DNA of 27,774 nucleotides from a virus (IMGVR_UViG_3300037501_000083:1-27774); one strand, 5' to 3'; shown: positions 15,802 through 26,424, numbered from the stretch's first letter. Program-made: numbers and translations. The notes: a model not told the origin generated them from the sequence alone.

Positions 15802-18432
15802 ATGTCCGGAACTATCGCAAGTCTGAACGTAAGAATTGGAGCGGACATCAAAAACCTCCAGCGTGACCTGGACAAGGCCAAGCGGGAACTACGCCAATCC
15901 ACCAAAGATTTTGCCGAAATAGGTAAAAACCTCACATTAGGCATCTCCTTACCGCTCGTCGGGTTAGGATCAATGGCCGTGAAAACCGCCGGCGAAGTGG
16001 AATCCCTCCGCCTGGCCATGCGCACCACCTTTCAGGACGCAGGCCGCAGCATACAGGAAGCCGATGCCGAAATGGAAGCCCTCCGCCAATCCGCTATGGC
16101 CCCCGGCCTCGATTTCCCGCAAGCCATCAAAGCCAGCATCCGCCTCCAAAACGTCGGCATGAAAGCCGAAAGCGCCCGCAAAACCATCCAAGAACTCGCC
16201 AACACCATCTCCATGTCGGGCGGCACCGCCGAAGACCTAGACAGCGTGACCGGACAGTTAGCCCAAATGATTTCAAAGGGGAAAATACTTGCGGGTGACC
16301 TCCGCATCATCCAGGAGCGGATGCCCAAGATTTCAGGCCTAATGCAAGAGGCTTTCGGCACCTCCAATTCCGAAAAACTCCAAGAAATGGGCGTCACCGG
16401 CGAAGAGTTCATTACGAAAATGACCGAAAAGATGTCCACCCTGCCACGGGTGGCGGGCGGCATCAACAACAGCATCGTTAACCTGGGTGCCGGGGTGAGC
16501 AACTTCCTCACCAGCATCGGGGAGGACATTAACAAATCCTTCAACCTGCAACAGAAATTCGACAATTTAGCCGACTGGCTCACCGGCATCGCCAAAGGCT
16601 TCGCAGACTTGGACGTCGACACCAAAAAAACCATCCTCACTTTCGGGGCCTTCGCCGCCGCCATCGGCCCCGCCGTTTATGTATTGACTGAGATATTTCA
16701 GGTAATCGGCAGGGTTCAAATCATCTATAAAAATCTGGTAGGTTCCATCGAAATCGCTTCCAAATCCCTCCAGTTGTGGCAGGCCCAGGTCGCCGCCGGC
16801 GAAATCAGCATGAGCCGCTTATCGATGGGCATCAAAGCCGTCGGGCTTGCCTTTAAAAACATGGACGCCATCACAAAGGCCTCCACCATCGGTATCTTCG
16901 TCGCAGCCATCGGAACCGCCGTTTTAGCCTTCAAATATTTCACCAAAGAACTCAGCGCCGCCGAAAAAGCGCAGCTAATCTTAAAAGACGTCAACGCCGA
17001 AGCCGCCAAGTCCATCGTCGCAGAACGCCTCGAAGCCGAACGCCTCACCGCCACGCTGAAAAAAGAAACCGCCAGCAGGGAACAAAAAGAAGCCGCCCTC
17101 ACCCGGCTGAAAGAAATCAACAACTCCTATTTCGGTGACCTCGACATCGAAAAGTCAAAAATAACCGACATAGACGCCGCCCTTCAAAACTATATCGGCA
17201 GCATCGAAAAACGGGCAAGGGTCACCGCCGCCAACCAGAAACTAATCGCAATCGAAAAAGAACTGTTCGATTTAAGCCATCAGCCCTCAAAATCAGAACC
17301 GACCTTCTGGCAGAAAACGGGAAACGCCATATTGGCAGCGGGAGACATCTTTGCCATGGCCGCCGCAAATACCCGCACATTCACCAAAAACCTACTCGAA
17401 AACCGCAACGCCCTGGAATTGCAAAAAAAAGCGCTCCTCGATGTGATTGCCACTTCGGAAATTCCACAATATTCAACAAGTAACAAAAAAACGAATACCA
17501 ACGGTGACTGTGACAGTACCGGTAAAAGTAAACGTAACGTCCGCAAATTAGTCTCCATCCCCGACCTCCTGCCCTCCACGATGGACATGGAAAAGTCCGT
17601 CACCGAACTCGCCGCCTTCATCGAACGCAACATCGAAAAAACCGTCCCACGGGTGCAAACCTCCGGGGAGATGATGAAAAACGCTTTAACCCAACTCGGC
17701 GAATCATTCGACATCATAGACAACAAAGCCGCCGTCTTCGGTGACGCTTTCAGCCCCATCGAAGAAAAAATAAAGGCCACCGAAGCCGCCATCATGAGCC
17801 TGCTGGAAAATGGTGCCAACCCATTCGGGAACGACATCCAAACCATGATGGAACTTTTGGCAGGCATGAAAACACAGATAGACGAAAACATCATTTCATT
17901 TCAATGGTTCGACAAAATGTTATTAAAAATGTCTGAAAGCAACAATTTCTTGGTTACTGCCTTTGATGCTGCCGGACAATCAATGGTTGATGTCGCCGCT
18001 ACCGGCGAAACATCCTTTAAAAAACTGGGAATAGCCGCATTGAAAAGCGCCGCCGATGTAGTGAGGGCAGCATTAATGAAATTTGTGGCCACCACCATCG
18101 AAAAAACCGCTCTCGCATCCGGCCCGTTGGCCCCTTTTGTAGCACCCGCCGCCGGTATCCTGGCAGGTGTCCTTTTTAATAAAGCCATCAGTGCTTTGAA
18201 AATACCTGCCTTCGCAGATGGTGGTCTCGTCACCGCCCCCACCCTCGCTATGGTCGGAGACAACCGGAGCGGGACGGAAGCCATCATCCCGCTCGAAAAG
18301 ATGGGGAATTTTTTTAACGGTGGAAATTCAAACATCCACCTCACCGGCGACGTACGATGGAGCGGACGGGAGTTCGTCATCGCATTCGAGCAGGCAAACA
18401 AAAGCATGGACCGCATACGTGGCCCGAAATAA
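15802..18432 (+). CDS. Tail tape measure protein
   Basis: 876-aa helical protein, IASLNVRIGAD start, QLAQMISKGKI..GDLR, C-terminal FADGGLVTAPTLAMVGD...EAIIPL. Confidence 0.95.
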   Translation: MSGTIASLNVRIGADIKNLQRDLDKAKRELRQSTKDFAEIGKNLTLGISLPLVGLGSMAVKTAGEVESLRLAMRTTFQDAGRSIQEADAEMEALRQSAMAPGLDFPQAIKASIRLQNVGMKAESARKTIQELANTISMSGGTAEDLDSVTGQLAQMISKGKILAGDLRIIQERMPKISGLMQEAFGTSNSEKLQEMGVTGEEFITKMTEKMSTLPRVAGGINNSIVNLGAGVSNFLTSIGEDINKSFNLQQKFDNLADWLTGIAKGFADLDVDTKKTILTFGAFAAAIGPAVYVLTEIFQVIGRVQIIYKNLVGSIEIASKSLQLWQAQVAAGEISMSRLSMGIKAVGLAFKNMDAITKASTIGIFVAAIGTAVLAFKYFTKELSAAEKAQLILKDVNAEAAKSIVAERLEAERLTATLKKETASREQKEAALTRLKEINNSYFGDLDIEKSKITDIDAALQNYIGSIEKRARVTAANQKLIAIEKELFDLSHQPSKSEPTFWQKTGNAILAAGDIFAMAAANTRTFTKNLLENRNALELQKKALLDVIATSEIPQYSTSNKKTNTNGDCDSTGKSKRNVRKLVSIPDLLPSTMDMEKSVTELAAFIERNIEKTVPRVQTSGEMMKNALTQLGESFDIIDNKAAVFGDAFSPIEEKIKATEAAIMSLLENGANPFGNDIQTMMELLAGMKTQIDENIISFQWFDKMLLKMSESNNFLVTAFDAAGQSMVDVAATGETSFKKLGIAALKSAADVVRAALMKFVATTIEKTALASGPLAPFVAPAAGILAGVLFNKAISALKIPAFADGGLVTAPTLAMVGDNRSGTEAIIPLEKMGNFFNGGNSNIHLTGDVRWSGREFVIAFEQANKSMDRIRGPK

Positions 18433-18609
18433 ATAACGCATCAAAATGAAAGTGATGAAAGAAAAAAAAGAACCGTCAAAATCCCCCTTCGTTTACCGGG
18501 CCCTGTTTTACGTCACATGGTTGAACAACAGCAGCCCGTTTGTAAGCCCCGGATGCCGGTAGTTCGGTGCCGGGGCCGCATGAAATCATTTTTTAAAAAA
18601 AAGTAACCT

Positions 18610-21600
18610 TTGGCTAAGAGATTTCATAGTGGTTTCAAGTCAGATTTGGGTGTCGAATACGACGTCGAAATCTGGGATTCCTCCTTTAGCGGAACCAGCA
18701 CCGCTTTTGTGCTGGGAGCCGAAGGTTTCACCATCAACGAGGAAGGGGACGCCGACGACCCCTTTAAAGTGATAGTGTGCACGTCCGTCAGCTTCACCAT
18801 GCAGATGCAGGACGCCAACGTTTACAAAATAAACACCTTTATCACCGACCTGCTCACCGCCGCAGAAAAGAGGTTCCAGGTACTGATAACAAAAGGGGCT
18901 TCGCCCGCCGTCTTTTGGTTCGGAAACGTGCTTACCGACATTTCGATGCAGCACGACCGCAGCCCATCGGCTTTTGAGGTGACCGCCACATGCGGGATGG
19001 GCTCCCTCTCAAAAATAGACTACAATGACAATGGTACCGCCTACACCGGCTCCGCTACGTTGTTGGAACACGCCGTCAATTGTTTGACGAAAATCGGCAC
19101 CCTTGACACTTTCTTTACCACAGGCTGGGCGATAACGACGGTGGTAAATTGGTATGAAGACAGCCACGTTACCGGCGCCGCAAACGACCCTTTCTCCCTC
19201 ACCCGCAACGACCACCGCACTTACTATGAGGTAGATGGACAGGGTGTAAAAAAGTACATGTCCTGCTTCGACGTACTCAAAACCGTCGTCGGCAGGATGG
19301 GAGCCCGCATATTTCTTTCCGACGGCAAGTTCCGTATCGAACAGTTGGGGGAAAGGGAAAACGTGACCATCACCGAACGCCGCTACCAAAAGGACGGCAC
19401 CTACATCACCAGCGCCTCGGTGTCGCACGACATGGATACCCTGAACCAGACCAGCGAGGCCCGGCTTACCGGTGGCGCCTTCGACTGGCTGCCCGCTGTT
19501 CGGAAAGTAAAAATTCACTACAAGGTAAAAAACTGGATCAACCACCTTGCAGGAGCGAACTGGAGCAGTGCCGGAAGTTCAAATTTTACCATTCCCGGCA
19601 TGGTGCATACCGGCGGAAACGTCATAATGCGAATTATGATGGGTGTGTTTCAAACGATACAAAACGTCAATTATACGTCCGGCGGAAACATCGCTATCAT
19701 TTACCGGCTCAAAATAAAAATCGGTAGCTATTACATGCGCCGGTCGCTGCTTAATATTCTTGGTAACAGTGTCACCTACGAGCCGCAGGGATGGGTAAGC
19801 GGTGTCAACTATTATTATTTCCACCGGGAAACATTCGTTCCCCCAATCGGTACCACCATGCCGGTGGACGTGGCCTTCCTGGATTTTATGTCAACGCCAC
19901 TGCCCGACAGCGGCGACATGGAGGTAAAACTGGAATTTCACGACATCCGCAAAATGGACACCGGGGCTTCGGTGTCCTCTCAGGACACGATAATATTGAC
20001 ATGGCAAAGCCAAAACCCGCTTTTGCAGGTAATGTCAAACGGCAACGCCGTCACCGACCTCGCCGACAAAACATACACTGCCGAAGCTACCGGAGGGTCT
20101 GACAACAGCGAAACCTACGAAGTGGAAACCATTACCGGAGACGGAACTACCATCAACAGCCTTTCCCGGCTTCAGGTATACAATGGAATTGGCTACGTGG
20201 ATTCCTCTCAATGGCGCATCGGCACTTCGGGAAGTTGGTATGACATCAGCGAGTTACACGCAAAGGAAATACTCTCTTTGCGCCAAAAATGCCTGAGGGT
20301 ATATAAAGGGAGCATCAGAGGTAGTGGCCTCGCTCATTCCCGCTGGGCCTTCGACACGAACTTTTGGATAATGACGGAGGGGAGGTTCACCGCCAATTCG
20401 GACACCTGGAACGGCACCTGGATAGCCGTCGCCAGAAATTACAACCTCATTGATACCACCATCACGACTTTGACACCAACGGATCATCTCGTACCAGCAG
20501 CGACAATGGTGCCCGTCGTACCGGTTGCCATACCCCTCACCAAAATAGGCTCCATCCTTTCGACCGCCACCACGTCCGCCACCCTGCCCGTTGGAGGAAT
20601 CACCAACATCAAACTTAACCAAAGCCTACTTGGAAATGCTTTCATGGCGGGTGACGCCATCACCATCGTTAACCCTGAAAACGGCTACACGCAAAACCTG
20701 AAAGTTATCACCAATACAACGGAGGGAGATACCACCGTCGCCGTATCGGGATATATCGCCAGCGAATTCCCGCCAGGTTCCTTTATTATCGTTTCTCCGC
20801 AAAACCAATCCATACAAAATTACGGCAGCGGAAGCGGAAGTGGCAGTGGCGAGTTTCCCGGTTCGCTCTCCTCGATTCTCGAATTCTTTTCTCAATTCTT
20901 CCGCAGTGACGCCACCAACGACCCCGCCTGGCGGCTCGAAAGCCCAAATATCACCCTCGAAACCGATGAAAACGCTGGCGACGGCGCAACCGCAGGCATC
21001 CGCTTCGATGGTGACGGACTGCAATCCTTCACCGCATCGAGCGCAACCGCCGGCGTGAAAATCGGACTCGCCGGTAAACTCGAATTAGCCAACCTCGCCA
21101 CCGGCACTTCCTCCGATTTGCTAATCATCGAAGGCGGCGAAGTGAAAACAAAATCGGAGGGCACAGTCGTAACCGACCACGGCGTACTAACAGGCCTGTC
21201 CGATGATGACCATTCTCAATATCACAATGACACCAGGGGAGATGCCCGCTATTTTCAGAAAACGGAACACCTGAACAGCAGCGCAGGCGCAGGGGACGCC
21301 GGAAAACCAATCAAGCTCGCCGCATCCGGCAACCTAGACCCAACTATGCTGGATGATGAACATTATGTACATCTCATTGCGGTGTTACCGGGTCAGGTCG
21401 TGACGCAGACGGCGGGGTTTAAATTTTACAATGCCTCCTATTTGGTGCCGAACGACTTGAACAATTACATCTTGCGAAGGGTAGATTGGGCCATCACCAA
21501 CAACACCAGTTCCAGCGGGGCCCTCCACGTCGGGCTTCGCTTGTTAAATACCTCAAATTCAAGTGTCAGTACCAACATCTTCGCAGTCACTTTCAACGCC

Positions 21601-21744
21601 TCCGATGTTCGGCAGTCGGCGACCGGCACACAGACGCTCACCGCTGGGTACTGGCTCCATGCGGAGGTAAATTTCGCCATTGCCGGAACCCTCGACGGGA
21701 CAGTCGAGGGATTGCTTTTAACGCTTTATCTTAAAAAGACATAA
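18610..21744 (+). CDS. Large tail tip / baseplate-fibre protein
   Basis: 1044 aa, TTG start, follows tape measure; C-terminal DHGVLTGLSDDDHSQY fibre-type motif. Confidence 0.8.
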   Translation: MAKRFHSGFKSDLGVEYDVEIWDSSFSGTSTAFVLGAEGFTINEEGDADDPFKVIVCTSVSFTMQMQDANVYKINTFITDLLTAAEKRFQVLITKGASPAVFWFGNVLTDISMQHDRSPSAFEVTATCGMGSLSKIDYNDNGTAYTGSATLLEHAVNCLTKIGTLDTFFTTGWAITTVVNWYEDSHVTGAANDPFSLTRNDHRTYYEVDGQGVKKYMSCFDVLKTVVGRMGARIFLSDGKFRIEQLGERENVTITERRYQKDGTYITSASVSHDMDTLNQTSEARLTGGAFDWLPAVRKVKIHYKVKNWINHLAGANWSSAGSSNFTIPGMVHTGGNVIMRIMMGVFQTIQNVNYTSGGNIAIIYRLKIKIGSYYMRRSLLNILGNSVTYEPQGWVSGVNYYYFHRETFVPPIGTTMPVDVAFLDFMSTPLPDSGDMEVKLEFHDIRKMDTGASVSSQDTIILTWQSQNPLLQVMSNGNAVTDLADKTYTAEATGGSDNSETYEVETITGDGTTINSLSRLQVYNGIGYVDSSQWRIGTSGSWYDISELHAKEILSLRQKCLRVYKGSIRGSGLAHSRWAFDTNFWIMTEGRFTANSDTWNGTWIAVARNYNLIDTTITTLTPTDHLVPAATMVPVVPVAIPLTKIGSILSTATTSATLPVGGITNIKLNQSLLGNAFMAGDAITIVNPENGYTQNLKVITNTTEGDTTVAVSGYIASEFPPGSFIIVSPQNQSIQNYGSGSGSGSGEFPGSLSSILEFFSQFFRSDATNDPAWRLESPNITLETDENAGDGATAGIRFDGDGLQSFTASSATAGVKIGLAGKLELANLATGTSSDLLIIEGGEVKTKSEGTVVTDHGVLTGLSDDDHSQYHNDTRGDARYFQKTEHLNSSAGAGDAGKPIKLAASGNLDPTMLDDEHYVHLIAVLPGQVVTQTAGFKFYNASYLVPNDLNNYILRRVDWAITNNTSSSGALHVGLRLLNTSNSSVSTNIFAVTFNASDVRQSATGTQTLTAGYWLHAEVNFAIAGTLDGTVEGLLLTLYLKKT

Positions 21745-21745
21745 C

Positions 21746-23695
21746 ATGCCAGCTTTAGGTTTAAAACTCAGACTCGACCGCCTCACTTATGCCCTCTCCG
21801 CCGTCATTACAACAGGTATGAAGATGTGGCACAAATTCATCGCCAACACCTGGACAGGGGCAAACCGCCTGCCGGACAGTTCGCCCGTGGGCACCAACAC
21901 CGCCGCCCTCTACACCGGGCGGGGCCTCGATTTCGACGGGGTTAACGATGTCGTCACCGTCGGGGACACCGGCGTAACGGTGAAAACCGTCGTGTTCTAC
22001 GCCTTCCCGGATGATACCACGGAGGTGTTCATGCAACTGCAATCCACCGGAGCCGTGCGCATCGAAACCAGCAGCGGCACGCTGAGCGCCACCGGCTTCA
22101 CCACGCCTACCCTTTACGTCGATGGAGCCGCCGGCAGCACCATTACCGCCGCCTGGCAGCAAATCGCCGTGACCAGCGCCACCGGGGTATCCGCCTCCAA
22201 TGTGCTGTTCGGCCAAAGCAACACGACCTACTACACCGGGATGATGAGCAACGTTAAATTTTTCAGCGTGGAGCTATCCGCCGCACAGATAGCGGAACTG
22301 TATGCTAACCCGGAGCAGGCATTGCCGACGGGGGTGAGCAGTGCGGAATTGGTGGGATGGTGGACAATGGCGGAAGGTGCGGGAGCACTAGCAGTCAATA
22401 ACGTTTCGGCAGGTAAAGTTGGAATAGTTTCAGGTGCATCTTGGGTAAATGCGGTCACTGGTGCACCGCCACAATTTGGAATGGTCGGAAAGTCGGTTCC
22501 AATCATTTTTGACGGGTTAGACGATTTTGTTTCAATCCCTGATTCTATAAGTTTATCTATATCAAGTGGCGATAATTTTACATTTGTCGCACTTATTACA
22601 GTAGGAGAAATCAATGCAATTTATGGCATACTGGGAAAAAATGATTTTGGTTCAGGTTCTTTCAATTGGTTTTTGAGAAACGGGGACAATGGGTTGATTT
22701 TTAGGGTATATCCGACAGGAGTAGACTTCATACCAAATACAGCTTTACAAGGGCTTATTGCTAATAAAACGTCGACCGTTGCTGTAAGGGTGTCAGGTAC
22801 GGATATAGATTTCTTCCTTAACGGAACGAAATATGACGCTTCAAGCTCCTACATTCCGCAAAGTTTAGATAACACCAAGCCGCTAACTTTAGGCTGCTGG
22901 AGTTCGGGTTCCTTCCATTTCCCTGGGATTATTCACATGGTGGCATTTTGGAAAACTGACTTGCCGGATGCAAGCATTGCGGCAATTTCATCTGGTACTT
23001 CCACGCCAGACCAAATCAGCGCCAGCAACTTGAAAGGCTACTGGATTAACCGGGGAGCAACAACGGATAAATGGCTCGACGAAAGCGGAAACGGTAACAA
23101 CGCATCCAGCGTGAACGGCTCGCCCTTGACCGTCGTTTTGCCGCAAGGTGTTACAGCTAACAAGGACGTTTCAGGGGTTGCCCTTCAATACAAAAATTCC
23201 GGCAACCTTCTTTTGACAGGCGACGCCTACGCCCTCGCCACCGACGCTGCCACCCTCGACATTACCGCCGAAATCTCCCTCGAAGCCTGGGTGAAGCCCT
23301 TCACCGTCAGCGCCGCCCAAACCATCATCGGAAAAAACGGGAGTTATGCCCTCGGAATCACATCCGGGGCAAAGCCCGTGTTCACGAAATGGACTGGGGC
23401 CGCCAGTACAGCCAGAACCACCACATTCACCACGCTCACCGCCAATGTGTGGGCGCACCTCGCCGTGACCTACGACGGTGCCAACGTGAAAATTTATATC
23501 AACGGAGCGCTGAACACCACCACCGCCACCACCGGTGCTATGGATGCCACAAGTGCCGACGTGCTGTTCGGAGCGCTGACAAGCACCACCAATCTGTTCA
23601 ACGGGTACATTGATTCCACGAAAGTGTATAACACGATACTTACCGCAAACGACATCCTTAACAATTACAATGCAGAAGCTGCAAGCTATCTGTAA
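21746..23695 (+). CDS. Multi-LamG (concanavalin A-like) domain tail / receptor-binding protein
   Basis: LDFDGVNDVV, FDGLDDFV, ISLEAWVKP, WAHLAVTYDG..KIYING, FNGYID: three LamG-like units. Confidence 0.88.
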   Translation: MPALGLKLRLDRLTYALSAVITTGMKMWHKFIANTWTGANRLPDSSPVGTNTAALYTGRGLDFDGVNDVVTVGDTGVTVKTVVFYAFPDDTTEVFMQLQSTGAVRIETSSGTLSATGFTTPTLYVDGAAGSTITAAWQQIAVTSATGVSASNVLFGQSNTTYYTGMMSNVKFFSVELSAAQIAELYANPEQALPTGVSSAELVGWWTMAEGAGALAVNNVSAGKVGIVSGASWVNAVTGAPPQFGMVGKSVPIIFDGLDDFVSIPDSISLSISSGDNFTFVALITVGEINAIYGILGKNDFGSGSFNWFLRNGDNGLIFRVYPTGVDFIPNTALQGLIANKTSTVAVRVSGTDIDFFLNGTKYDASSSYIPQSLDNTKPLTLGCWSSGSFHFPGIIHMVAFWKTDLPDASIAAISSGTSTPDQISASNLKGYWINRGATTDKWLDESGNGNNASSVNGSPLTVVLPQGVTANKDVSGVALQYKNSGNLLLTGDAYALATDAATLDITAEISLEAWVKPFTVSAAQTIIGKNGSYALGITSGAKPVFTKWTGAASTARTTTFTTLTANVWAHLAVTYDGANVKIYINGALNTTTATTGAMDATSADVLFGALTSTTNLFNGYIDSTKVYNTILTANDILNNYNAEAASYL

Positions 23696-23712
23696 TCAAA
23701 AATTAAAAAATC

Positions 23713-24090
23713 ATGGCAAGAGGAAATATCTATCTGTTGGTCCCGGACGCTGAAAAAAACAACAACGTCCCATTGAAACTGAAAGAAAAGTGGAAGTTCA
23801 AAGAGCCTGTCATCGACCCGCAAACCGGCGAAGTGACCGGCGAAACGGAAATCCATCCGTCCTGGCTGAAATTAGCTAATAAGTTGAAAAGCAATTTCGG
23901 GGAAATCCGAACGCTGACGTACCATGAATCCCCTTTCATCCTCATCGAACTGGAACTCAGTTTCATCAACGGCGAAGTGTCGGAGGTGCAAAAACTGCAA
24001 ACTAACAAGGCCGGAAAAACCGCCCATTACCGCATCCTTACAAATACGGAGGCAAAAGCGATTTTGGACGGCCAAGACATATTTCAGTAA
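23713..24090 (+). CDS. Hypothetical protein
   Basis: 125-aa ORF whose stop overlaps the next start. Confidence 0.75.
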   Translation: MARGNIYLLVPDAEKNNNVPLKLKEKWKFKEPVIDPQTGEVTGETEIHPSWLKLANKLKSNFGEIRTLTYHESPFILIELELSFINGEVSEVQKLQTNKAGKTAHYRILTNTEAKAILDGQDIFQ

Positions 24091-24485
24091 TGACGCCGGT
24101 CATTGTCATCGGGCTGGCTGCCTTCCTCGCTTTATTGGCAGGATCGCTGCACGGTGGAAGGGAAGCCTTCCACGCCGACCCGTATATCTTTGAAAAGCGG
24201 TTCGGTGTGGCGGACATCTCCTTTTTCGGGTCCTTGTCCTGGCTTCGGAAATACCCCGTATTTGACCATACCCGCAAGGAGCGGGAGTTTTACACCGCCT
24301 TCAGCGACTTCTGGCACGTGGCGGGGTGGATGGGAAAATGTTGTCTCATTGCATCTTCGCTGTTAATATCTTCGCTGCCAGAAAACATTGGCCCCTTGAT
24401 TTTATCCGGCTTCGGGATTTTCGCCGGTTCGGCTCTTGGTAGCCGGACAGCCTACACCTGGTTAATGCACAAAAGATTAATTTAA
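24090..24485 (+). CDS. Membrane protein, about 3 TM segments (possible lysis role)
   Basis: Hydrophobic segments and SDFWH motif; located after the tail genes. Confidence 0.7.
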   Translation: MTPVIVIGLAAFLALLAGSLHGGREAFHADPYIFEKRFGVADISFFGSLSWLRKYPVFDHTRKEREFYTAFSDFWHVAGWMGKCCLIASSLLISSLPENIGPLILSGFGIFAGSALGSRTAYTWLMHKRLI

Positions 24486-24546
24486 GGTTTAAAATCCTTC
24501 AAAAAAAAATAAATGAATAGCTCCGACTTGTCGGACATGTCCGAAG

Positions 24547-25079
24547 ATGGAAGACTTCAGAGAAATTGTAATTCCCGTGGCGACGCTGCTTACCGGTTTC
24601 CTTGCCCGGAACCTGTGGAACATCCTGGGCTATGCCCGCCGGATGCAAAAGGAGGATTTGGAAATCGGTGAAAAATTAATGCGGTCTATCAATGATGCAA
24701 GGGAGGATGTGATGAACGCCTATTCGTTATTAAACCAATTAGAAACAGAAAACTATGAACTGAGAAACATGAACCGTAAATTAGAAATCGAAATCCTTGA
24801 AAAAAACAACCTCATCACGAAATTGAGGTCGGAACTGGAAGACACCACCCGGAATTAAACCAATTAGAAACAGAAAACTATGAACTGAGAAACATGAACC
24901 GTAAATTAGAAATCGAAATCCTTGAAAAAAACAACCTCATCACGAAATTGAGGTCGGAACTGGAAGACGCCACCCGGAAGTTGGATGCCGCCGCAGTACA
25001 AGTACATAACCTTTTCCAAAACCAAAGCGGAAATCTGGCGCCACCCAACGAAATGCCTTCCAACGTCCGCCTGAAATAA
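24547..25079 (+). pseudogene. TM plus coiled-coil protein (holin/spanin-like) split by a 125-bp duplication into ORFs 24547..24858 and 24894..25079
   Basis: N-terminal TM IVIPVATLLTGFLA then heptads; deleting one repeat copy restores a single frame ending at 25079. Confidence 0.7.
24729..24978. repeat. 125-bp tandem duplication
   Basis: 24729-24853 versus 24854-24978, one mismatch (24844 A / 24969 G). Confidence 0.95.
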
Positions 25080-25173
25080 CGTTTTGCGGCTTTGTGTCTG
25101 TTTGCCCCTTGCACAATGCTTCAAGTTTACTACAAATGTTGTTGGGGCAAATAGCACAAAACCGCTGTTATAC
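25074..25173 (+). repeat. attC-like site 1
   Basis: AAATAAC...GTTATAC; GCGGCTTTGTGTCTGTTTGCCCC pairs with GGGGCAAATAGCACAAAACCGC leaving one bulged base. Confidence 0.8.
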
Positions 25174-25244
25174 GCTGGGCGGTATTATAGCACAAATGTT
25201 GAATTGGAATACCAAACTAAGGTTTTATTAAAAAAATAGCAGCG

Positions 25245-26042
25245 ATGGTAAAAAAAGATTACATATTTAGCGACCAAATGATGATGTTTGGAAGTAAAGA
25301 AATAATAGGATTTGGAGATACCGAATTTTACGTAAAAGAGATTGACCGCAACCTTGCTATAAAAACAATTAAAGAAAACCACTATTCAAAAAAAGTGTAT
25401 GCTGGTAGCTTTATTCATTTGGGAGTATTTGTGAACTCTAAAATGCTTGGGGTGTTACAATTTGGAGCAGCTTTAAATCCTGCAAGTGGTGGAAGTGTTG
25501 TTGAAGGAACGGAAATAGACCAATACCTTGAACTAAATAGAATGTGGATTAGTGATGAAGCAACCGATTATCCCGAAAGTAGAGCCATAAGTGCAGCTAT
25601 AAAATACATAAGAGGCAAATACCCAAAAGTAAAATGGATACAATCTTTTGCAGATGAACGATGTGGGGGGTTTGGTATAGTTTATCAGGCTTGTAGTTTT
25701 TCGTATTATGGAGAACATAAAAGCGAATTTTGGGAACTTGATGGAGAAGTGTTCCATAATATCCAAATGACTATTTCCACAAACAATACAAAGCGATATA
25801 ACAATACGGTAAGGAAATTACAAGCCAATAAAGACAAAGCAGTTAAAATGAGTTTAAGGCAATTTAGATATATAAAGTTTATTGACCAAAAATGGAAAAA
25901 GAAAGCATTATTAAAAGAGATGCCATACCCAAAGCACTACATTGAAAATCCAAACGGTTTTGAAAAAACCGAAGAGCGTGGGACTATTTTTTTTAATAAA
26001 ACCGACTTAACCGACAAATGTTCAATAGATGCACAAATGTAG
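25245..26042 (+). CDS. mom: Mom-family DNA adenine modification enzyme (GNAT fold)
   Basis: YLELNRMW...ESRAIS..IK.IR..YP.V.WIQSFADERCG..GIVYQA closely follows the phage Mu Mom core. Confidence 0.85.
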   Translation: MVKKDYIFSDQMMMFGSKEIIGFGDTEFYVKEIDRNLAIKTIKENHYSKKVYAGSFIHLGVFVNSKMLGVLQFGAALNPASGGSVVEGTEIDQYLELNRMWISDEATDYPESRAISAAIKYIRGKYPKVKWIQSFADERCGGFGIVYQACSFSYYGEHKSEFWELDGEVFHNIQMTISTNNTKRYNNTVRKLQANKDKAVKMSLRQFRYIKFIDQKWKKKALLKEMPYPKHYIENPNGFEKTEERGTIFFNKTDLTDKCSIDAQM

Positions 26043-26046
26043 CCTT

Positions 26047-26071
26047 GCGTATAACGTTCGATAAGTTATCA
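26047..26071 (+). repeat. Collapsed attC-like site 2
   Basis: GCGTATAAC (reverse complement of GTTATACGC at 25167) then 9 bp then GTTATCA; no central stem. Confidence 0.6.
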
Positions 26072-26424
26072 GTTTCCTATGTTCTGAATCAGGTAGTCAC
26101 GACTACACTATTTACAGAAAAGAAGCGAAAGAAGAATTAGGATTAAACGTTGAAAAGCCAGACGAAGAATTATATTCGGTTATCAAAGCAATATACCAAG
26201 ACATTGAAAATGAACTGGAATTAAGAAGTCCTTTTAACCCAAATGTATTGTTGGCGACTAAATCACCTTGCCAATATTCAATGAGAAGAGCATTGATTGA
26301 GAGTGTTGACGGTGGAACAGACGTTTTTATCAGCGAAGGCACATTGGCAAAGCATCAATTACCAACCGGACAAGTTGCTATTCAGGACAATAGAACTTTT
26401 GAAGGTTGGAGACACGAGAATTAA
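26065..26424 (+). pseudogene. C-terminal fragment of an SDH/ClpP-like serine protease
   Basis: VISFLCSESGSHDYTIYRKEAKEELGLNVEKP...FEGWRHEN*, no start, preceded by in-frame TAA; SHDYxI..EA..LGL motif. Confidence 0.65.

Noticed and set aside
13169-22664. Diversity-generating retroelement TR/VR pair (13188-13269 versus 22583-22664)
   Set aside because: The 7 mismatches are not adenine-specific in either copy or strand, the match is mid-gene, and no reverse transcriptase is present in the window.
3760-24317. Numerous minus-strand and alternate-frame ORFs within the late operon
   Set aside because: Shadows produced by the C-ending codon bias of well-supported plus-strand genes; no motifs.
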